Source of the DNA: a bacterium
GTDB lineage: Bacteria > Electryoneota > Electryoneia > Electryoneales > Electryoneaceae
Direction of reading: 5' to 3'
Assembly: GCA_043801585.1 (NCBI GenBank)
Contig: JAZDLX010000103.1
Coordinates: 1-13,628 of the forward strand
DNA length: 13,628 bases
A program made the position numbers and the translations under genes. Under the pieces are notes generated by a model. It did not search any database. It saw only the letters and a list, made by a program, of their open reading frames with translations, and was not told the DNA's origin. Positions 7,743 through 13,628 of this stretch are shown here, one piece after another. Each line of letters opens with the position of its first letter. Positions within the stretch are counted from its first letter, which is position 1.

Positions 7743-9209
7743 TCAGACCGAAACCGCCTTGCCATACACCTTTGCCAGCAACTTGGCGGACTTGATCCAG
7801 TCGTGATCCTCTTTCATGCCATTCATCTGGAGCTTTTTCCAACTCTTGTCATCTTTCCAGACTTTCAGTGCCCGTTTTACCGCAGCGACCATGCTGACAG
7901 CGCGGTATTGATCGAACCGGAAGCCGTTGCCTTTATCTTTCGAAAACTCCACGACTGTATCCGCAAGACCGCCGGTCCCGTAAACGATTGGCGGGGTTCC
8001 ATATTTCAAGCTGTACAACTGGTTCAGACCGCAGGGCTCGTATTTCGAAGGCATCAGTAAGACATCTGCCCCCGCTTCGATTTTATGCGCCAGAACGTCG
8101 TCATGAACAAGTTTCAACGCAAGTTGCCCGGAGTTTCTGACCGCAACTTTTGTCAGCTTTTCTTCGATGTTCTTCTGACCAGTTCCGAGGACGACGAGGT
8201 TGATCGGCAGGGCGAGGAGATCCTTGATGCTTTCAATGATGAGGTCTAATCCCTTCTGGTCCACGAGTCGGCCGATCATTCCGACGATCATTCGCTCTCC
8301 GCACTTCTCGAGCTTCAGTTCTTTGCAGAGGGCATCGCGGTTCTTCGCTTTGTCGGTAAGCGTCGAGCGGCTGTAGGTCGCCTCGATCTCCTTGTCAGTC
8401 TCGGGATTCCAGACCGAACCGTCGATGCCGTTCAGGATGCCGGTCAGATCGGCTTTCCGTTTCTTCAACACGGTGTCGAGGCCTCCCCACCACTCGTGCG
8501 GTTTCAGAATCTGCTTTGCGTAGGAGGGGGATACCGTTGTGATCTGGTTTGCGTAAGTGATTCCGGCCTTGAGGAAGTTGATCCGTCCCTGGTGATTCGC
8601 CGGGTGCTTGGCATCAAAATTGTCCATGCCGATCTGGGGAGCCACGTCCTCCGGGAACGACCCCTGGTAGGCGAAATTGTGGATCGTCAGGACGGTCTTT
8701 GTTTTTTCAAAGAAGGGATCGTCCTTGTAAACTGTTTTCAGGTAGTAGGGAACGAGGGCGCTTGGCCAGTCGTTGCAATGGATCAGGTCGGGCTGCCAGA
8801 AGAGTACTTTCAAGGTTTCAAGCGCCGCGCGGGCGAACAGAGCGAACCGCTGGGCGTCGTCCTTCCAACCCTCACCGGTTTTCGGGTCGATATAGATGTC
8901 TTTGCGATCGAAAAAGGGTTTGTACTCGAGAAAATAGGCCTGAACCTTGCTATCCGGGACGAATCCGGACTTGACTGAAACGGTGTGAGTTTTTCCAGCC
9001 ATAGGAACTTCGATGTCCCGGAGTCGGATCACCTCACGCAAGTTCCACTTGCGATCCCGAATGACCTTGTACTTGGGCATGAACACGCGAACGTCATGTT
9101 CGAGTTCCTTCAACGCCTTGGGAAGGGCGCCCGCAACGTCCGCCAGCCCCCCTACTTTAGCAAAGGGGTACAGTTCACTTGTCAAATAAAGCACGTTATA
9201 GGTCGTCAT
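7743..9209 (-). CDS. glgA: Glycogen synthase (GT5)
   Basis: ELYPFAKVGGLADV (KxGGL), HCNDW, TIHN, TVSPSYA, GILNGID, RLVDQKG, MPSKYEPCGLNQL, TGGLADTV. GGAGG RBS at 9221-9225. Confidence 0.96.
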   Translation of the reverse strand: MTTYNVLYLTSELYPFAKVGGLADVAGALPKALKELEHDVRVFMPKYKVIRDRKWNLREVIRLRDIEVPMAGKTHTVSVKSGFVPDSKVQAYFLEYKPFFDRKDIYIDPKTGEGWKDDAQRFALFARAALETLKVLFWQPDLIHCNDWPSALVPYYLKTVYKDDPFFEKTKTVLTIHNFAYQGSFPEDVAPQIGMDNFDAKHPANHQGRINFLKAGITYANQITTVSPSYAKQILKPHEWWGGLDTVLKKRKADLTGILNGIDGSVWNPETDKEIEATYSRSTLTDKAKNRDALCKELKLEKCGERMIVGMIGRLVDQKGLDLIIESIKDLLALPINLVVLGTGQKNIEEKLTKVAVRNSGQLALKLVHDDVLAHKIEAGADVLLMPSKYEPCGLNQLYSLKYGTPPIVYGTGGLADTVVEFSKDKGNGFRFDQYRAVSMVAAVKRALKVWKDDKSWKKLQMNGMKEDHDWIKSAKLLAKVYGKAVSV

Positions 9210-9276
9210 TAAGAGCGTAACCTCCGCATCCCAAAGGAGTTGGCCAGTAAAAGACGTAGATCAGTAAAAAATATAA

Positions 9277-10950
9277 TTACTTAGCGTCTGAATCAAGCTC
9301 TGGCGAGTAAATAAAGGAGCGATTTCGGCCGGATTCCTTGGCCCTGTAAAGCGCGCGATCGGAGTGGTCGATCAGTTCCTGGTAGGTTTTTGCGTTCGCC
9401 AGCGAATCGGCAACCCCTGCGCTGATGGAAACAAAACCGAGGGGTTGAGTCTGACCGTTGGGGAATTTTGACTCAGCGACCATACGGCGGATTTTTTCCG
9501 CCACAACCAGTCCACGGCCGGCATCGGTATGCGGGAGGATCACGGCGAACTCCTCGCCACCGTAACGGCAAACGATATCCTGTTCACGGACGCTTGTTTT
9601 CAGCACCTGGGCAAACTGTGTGAGCAGCCTGTCTCCATTGAGATGCCCGTTCGTGTCGTTGTAATGCTTGAAGTTATCGATATCGACAAGGATCAGGCTG
9701 AAATACTGCTTGTAACGGAGGATACGCCTCATTTCCCGTGAAATCATGTCGGTGAAACTGCGGCGGTTATACAGGCCCGTAAGGCCATCAATGGTCGCGA
9801 GACGGCGAACCGTTTCGTGGGCGTTGGTGTTTTCAATGCTCCGCGCCAGCACCTTCCCGATGTGACGGATGTTGTCGAGTTCTACGTCGGTCAGTTCGGT
9901 GATGCGCCGGTAATAGAGGCTGATCATTCCATGAACATGCTTTTCATGCACTAATGGGACAATCAACCCGGCCTTAAGTTGTGCGAGCTGAGCCAGGTGA
10001 GGGTTCATCAGGCCGTCTTCACGGGTCGTTTCGATCTGGCGGGGTTCCTGCTCCTCGATCACTTTTTCCACGAGACGGGCGTCAAGCAGCAGATTCATCG
10101 ACTTTCCGCCATAATCGCTCATGTTCCGCCGGTAGGAGAGAAATTCCTCGTAACGCTTGCCGACGCGGGAGAAGATCAACAGCTCGAAAAAATCATATCC
10201 GATCGTATCCCAGATAATATCGGCAATCGACGGCATCAATCTGTCGACCATCAGTTCCCAGCCAACCTTTTCCTGGATGCGGTTGTAGAGATTGATCCAG
10301 ATGGAATCTGTCAACTTCTTGCGTGTCCAGGGATCGATGTGATCGGCAAGGGTCAAGGCGGAGCGGAGCAGGCTGTCGATCTGTTTTGTCGGTTCTTTGC
10401 TCGTGGGCTGGTTCTTAAGGATCTGTTCAAGGTCGTTAGCCAGGATGTTGACCTTGCTGAACCCAGGCTTCAACGCGTTCAATCCGTCCGCAACACTGAG
10501 TGGGTACCAAGACAACCGAAGCATCCATGTGTCCATCACGCGGATTTTCACCGGTCTCCGAACGATGAGTTTCGACGCCACGGCAAGCACTGTTCCCTGA
10601 GGTCCCGCCCAGGTGAACCAGAGCTCTTTCCCAAGATTTGAACGGCTTGTAAAAAGAGCCTTCCGCGGTATCCATCCACCCGAATCGGGGTCGTACCCGA
10701 CAAAACCGTCCTCATCGAGACGGAAAATACCAGAACCGTTTTGAAAATGTTCGTGAAGTTGTTTCGGGATGTGCGCAAATCCATACCGGACGTCCATCTG
10801 AACAGTGATCGCAAACAGGGTGTTGAAAACACCCGCTAGGGTCTGGGGCAGGTAGGAACGAAATACCCATGTATGTGCGGAGTCAGCGGACCAGGCGTTT
10901 TCGATAGCATGGAACGGGCGCCGTGAGGAATGAGATGATTGAGTCATCAT
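9277..10950 (-). CDS. Diguanylate cyclase: unassigned N-terminal region + GAF + GGDEF
   Basis: DGLTGLYNRR, DIDNFKHYNDTNGHLNGD, REQD (RxxD I-site), RYGGEEF, SISAGV, DRALYRAKESGRN. GAF-like LIVPLVHEKHVHGMISL precedes it. Start overlaps the DUF72 stop (ATGA). Confidence 0.93.
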   Translation of the reverse strand: MMTQSSHSSRRPFHAIENAWSADSAHTWVFRSYLPQTLAGVFNTLFAITVQMDVRYGFAHIPKQLHEHFQNGSGIFRLDEDGFVGYDPDSGGWIPRKALFTSRSNLGKELWFTWAGPQGTVLAVASKLIVRRPVKIRVMDTWMLRLSWYPLSVADGLNALKPGFSKVNILANDLEQILKNQPTSKEPTKQIDSLLRSALTLADHIDPWTRKKLTDSIWINLYNRIQEKVGWELMVDRLMPSIADIIWDTIGYDFFELLIFSRVGKRYEEFLSYRRNMSDYGGKSMNLLLDARLVEKVIEEQEPRQIETTREDGLMNPHLAQLAQLKAGLIVPLVHEKHVHGMISLYYRRITELTDVELDNIRHIGKVLARSIENTNAHETVRRLATIDGLTGLYNRRSFTDMISREMRRILRYKQYFSLILVDIDNFKHYNDTNGHLNGDRLLTQFAQVLKTSVREQDIVCRYGGEEFAVILPHTDAGRGLVVAEKIRRMVAESKFPNGQTQPLGFVSISAGVADSLANAKTYQELIDHSDRALYRAKESGRNRSFIYSPELDSDAK

Positions 10951-11732
10951 CCCACCTCGAGTTGTTCTTGTCGAAGGATTTCACGCATCAGCGCCGCGCT
11001 CTTTATTGCCTGACCGGCATGGCAATTGTTGAAGAAGAGGTAGGTTTCCTCAGCCCTGTCAACCAAGGCTCTCAGTCGTGGAAGCCAGTTGCGCAGTTCC
11101 TCTTCGCTATACGTCCAATCGTAGCGGTCGCCAAGTTCTGGATGGTACCAGGTTTTAGCGTTTTTCCCATGAAAACGCACGTATCCGGTAGATGATGTCA
11201 CCGCTGGTCTCGCCCCCATCAGGGAACGGATCGGAGGAAGATCCACCGTCACCCAACCCAGACCTTCATCTTGGCAGAAGGCTACAGCGTCATCCGTGTC
11301 CCATTCAAGATGCCGAAATTCCACAAAAAGCGGAATTTCGCCGGTATGTGAATGGATTAAATGAATGTATTGTTTTGCGGATGCATTTGCCCGGAAGGAT
11401 GCTGGAAACTGGGCGAGAAGCCCCGCCAGCTTGCTCTCCGCCCTCAACGGCTCCAGAGAGGCGAGCAGCGCCGGGATTTCTTCGCCTCCGGTTTCACGCT
11501 TGTGAGTCGTATCCCCGTGCACCTTGACAATAAAACGGAAATCCGCTGGAGTCTGCTCCGCCCAGCGGACTACGGAACTGCGTTTCGGAACGCCGTAATA
11601 GGTGGTATTGATTTCGAGGATCTTGAACTGTGTGGCGTAGTAGTCAAGCCATTGATCTTTTGGCAGATCGGATGGGTAAAATGGGCCTGCCCAATCCGCG
11701 AAATGGTATCCCGATGTGCCAATACGGATCAC
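10947..11732 (-). CDS. DUF72 (YecE-like) protein
   Basis: IRIGTSGY..W.G.FYP, EINTTYY, F.VK, LAQFPASF, VEFRH..W, YVRFHG, RYDWTYSEEEL, FFNN. GTG start overlaps the hutI stop (GTGA). Confidence 0.93.
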   Translation of the reverse strand: MIRIGTSGYHFADWAGPFYPSDLPKDQWLDYYATQFKILEINTTYYGVPKRSSVVRWAEQTPADFRFIVKVHGDTTHKRETGGEEIPALLASLEPLRAESKLAGLLAQFPASFRANASAKQYIHLIHSHTGEIPLFVEFRHLEWDTDDAVAFCQDEGLGWVTVDLPPIRSLMGARPAVTSSTGYVRFHGKNAKTWYHPELGDRYDWTYSEEELRNWLPRLRALVDRAEETYLFFNNCHAGQAIKSAALMREILRQEQLEVG

Positions 11733-12970
11733 GGTATTCGCTTTCCGTCGCGAGCAACGACGTTTCCGTTTTTTATCACGACACCCGCCTGATTCACTCC
11801 GAAATGATAGGCCAGCATCTCAGGGGATGGGGCGTCCCATAAAACGAGATCCGCACGGTAGCCTGGTTCCAGAACTCCTCGGTCGCTGAGGCCGAGGGCT
11901 TTCGCTGACCCCGCAGTTGCCATCCAGATCGCCTCTTCGGCGGTAACACGGAAGCGTATCGCCGCGAGATGGAGCGCGAGCTGCATGTTTTCGCTCATCG
12001 CGCTTCCCGGGTTGAAATCGGTTGCCAGCGCACAGACAACTCCCCGTTCAATCATCATGCGGACGGGCGGGTCTTCCTTCATCCGGAGAAAGTGAGCGGA
12101 AATGGGCAAAAGCCCGGCAACCGTTCCTGATGTGGCCAGCGCTTCCACTCCCTCCTCATCGATGAACTCGATGTGATCGGCGGAAAGTGCTCCAAGCTCC
12201 GCCGCCAGTTTCGCGCCACCCAGGGGAGTCAGCTGGTCAGCGTGAACCTTCACCGCAAGGCCGTGAGCCTTCGCCGCCTCGAGCACCCGGCGCGTTTCCT
12301 CAAGAGAAAACACCCCCGTTTCGCAGAAGGCATCCGCCGCGACAGCGAGATTTTCCCTCGCCACAGCCGGGATCATCTCATCGATCAGCAGTTTCAGGTA
12401 GCCTTCGTGGTTTTCCCGGTACTCAAGGGGATACTCGTGCGCACCGAGGAAGGTGGGAATCAGGTCAATCGGATGCGTCCGGTCCAGCTCACGGATTGCC
12501 CGCAGCAGTTTCAGCTCGCCTTCTGTGGAGAGACCGTAGCCGCTTTTCGCCTCGAGGGTGGTGGTGCCATAGGCGAGTGCATTGTCGAGGAACGGGCGGG
12601 AGAAGTCCGTGAGTTCCTCCACCGTCGCCGCGTTGACCCGTTTCGCCGAATTCAGAATCCCCCCGCCTGCGGCGGCGATTTCCGCATAAGTCGCCCCCCG
12701 TGTCCGCATGTCGAATTCCGCTTCGCGGGTCGCGGCGAACACCGGGTGGGCGTGGAAATCGATCAGCCCCGGTGTCAGCCCGCGCCCCTCCGCATCCAGG
12801 TCCTCCGCACCGGGAAAATCCGGCTCCCGGGGTGTCATCCCCATCCAGAGAATCTTTCCATTTTCGGTGTGAACGGTGTCGATCGTGGGGTGAAGCAACC
12901 TGTACGGATCTTTCAGATCGGCTGCGGGAGAGGCTGTCCAACCGATGTGACGAATGCGCAATCTGGACAT
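11729..12970 (-). CDS. hutI: Imidazolonepropionase (amidohydrolase superfamily)
   Basis: PGLIDFHAHPVF, R..EF, GATYAEIAAAGGGI, EAKSGYGL, TFLGAH, FCE, HADQL, SADH, ATDFNPGS. GAGGAG RBS at 12984-12989. Confidence 0.95.
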   Translation of the reverse strand: MSRLRIRHIGWTASPAADLKDPYRLLHPTIDTVHTENGKILWMGMTPREPDFPGAEDLDAEGRGLTPGLIDFHAHPVFAATREAEFDMRTRGATYAEIAAAGGGILNSAKRVNAATVEELTDFSRPFLDNALAYGTTTLEAKSGYGLSTEGELKLLRAIRELDRTHPIDLIPTFLGAHEYPLEYRENHEGYLKLLIDEMIPAVARENLAVAADAFCETGVFSLEETRRVLEAAKAHGLAVKVHADQLTPLGGAKLAAELGALSADHIEFIDEEGVEALATSGTVAGLLPISAHFLRMKEDPPVRMMIERGVVCALATDFNPGSAMSENMQLALHLAAIRFRVTAEEAIWMATAGSAKALGLSDRGVLEPGYRADLVLWDAPSPEMLAYHFGVNQAGVVIKNGNVVARDGKRIP

Positions 12971-13010
12971 GACGGGTCGGTTGCTCCTCGTTTGATGTGG
13001 AGGTTACGGG

Positions 13011-13628
13011 TCAGTTGACACCGGGATCGAAATCGCTGCCCTCGAACAGCTTGCGAGCCAGATGGTGCACGGTGTCCTGGCGCAGCAGTTCACCGGTGAG
13101 CAGACGCACCCGTTCGCCCGGGCTGACCACTTCCAGCAATTCCTGTTGGCGGCCGCTGTCAAGTCCGATGGTCTGGCCAATGATGTAGGAAAGGTCCTGC
13201 TCGGCGGTCATCTCCTCCACAAGTGATTCGAGCTGTTCGCGCTGTTCCGATTCAAGTCCGAGCCGGGAGATGAACTGCCGGTACAGTACGAGCATGGAGT
13301 TGATCTGTGTTTTCGCCGGGATCGAGGTGCGAATATCCTCGACGGGTTTGATCTGGGCGACCAGGTAGGGGCTGTCTTCGACGAAGTCGAGCAGGCGGAA
13401 CCGCTCTTCGCCCACGGCGATCAGGTCAATCCGTCCATCTTCGTAGGTGTGAAGAATCCGCTGAATGCGCGCGGTGGTGCCAACCATCCCCGAGTGCACT
13501 TCATCGCTATGAACCACCCCGAAAACGCCGTCACTCTCCTGAAGATCCGCAACCATTGTCTTGTACCGTTCCTCGAAAATGTGCAGAGGAAGGATCATGT
13601 GCGGAAAGAGGACTTTCGTCAACGGGAA
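13011..13628 (-). CDS. Lon peptidase substrate-binding (N-terminal) domain protein, stand-alone; 5' end outside the window
   Basis: The frame stays open to the edge: FPLTKVLFPHMILPLHIFEERYKTMV, VGTTARI, DGRIDLIAVGEERFR, QQELLE...R. No AAA+ or protease domain follows. The track's start is really the Leu of the FPL motif. Confidence 0.9.
   Translation of the reverse strand, partial: FPLTKVLFPHMILPLHIFEERYKTMVADLQESDGVFGVVHSDEVHSGMVGTTARIQRILHTYEDGRIDLIAVGEERFRLLDFVEDSPYLVAQIKPVEDIRTSIPAKTQINSMLVLYRQFISRLGLESEQREQLESLVEEMTAEQDLSYIIGQTIGLDSGRQQELLEVVSPGERVRLLTGELLRQDTVHHLARKLFEGSDFDPGVN

Noticed and set aside
7743..11732. Apparently lower GC in glgA-DGC-DUF72 than in flanking genes, as a sign of horizontal transfer
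   Set aside because: Visual impression only, partly explained by Lys/Ile-rich proteins; no mobility genes or boundary repeats, and the block is coupled to hutI.
9979..13018. Plus-strand ORFs opposite the DGC, DUF72 and hutI genes
   Set aside because: They lie opposite well-supported genes and lack independent evidence.

Overview
A gene-dense bacterial chromosomal segment with all nine credible CDSs on the minus strand. In transcription order (right to left): a Lon substrate-binding-domain protein (5' end cut by the window), hutI, a DUF72 protein, a GAF-GGDEF diguanylate cyclase, glgA, a secreted NHL/beta-propeller protein, a 1138-aa probable outer-membrane beta-barrel, an NAD(P)-binding protein and a MacB/FtsX-type ABC permease. 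The permease runs off the left edge and is missing from the supplied ORF track. Protein styles suggest an FCB-group organism (inference). Notable non-coding features are a perfect 28-bp inverted repeat with internally palindromic arms (REPIN/MITE-like) at 3091-3176 and a complete-looking sigma-54 promoter, IHF site and tandem enhancer module upstream of the permease. The best candidates for undescribed biology are the possibly SprA-related barrel plus propeller pair and the coupled hutI-DUF72-DGC-glgA run. No CRISPR array, rRNA, tRNA or transposase was recognised.
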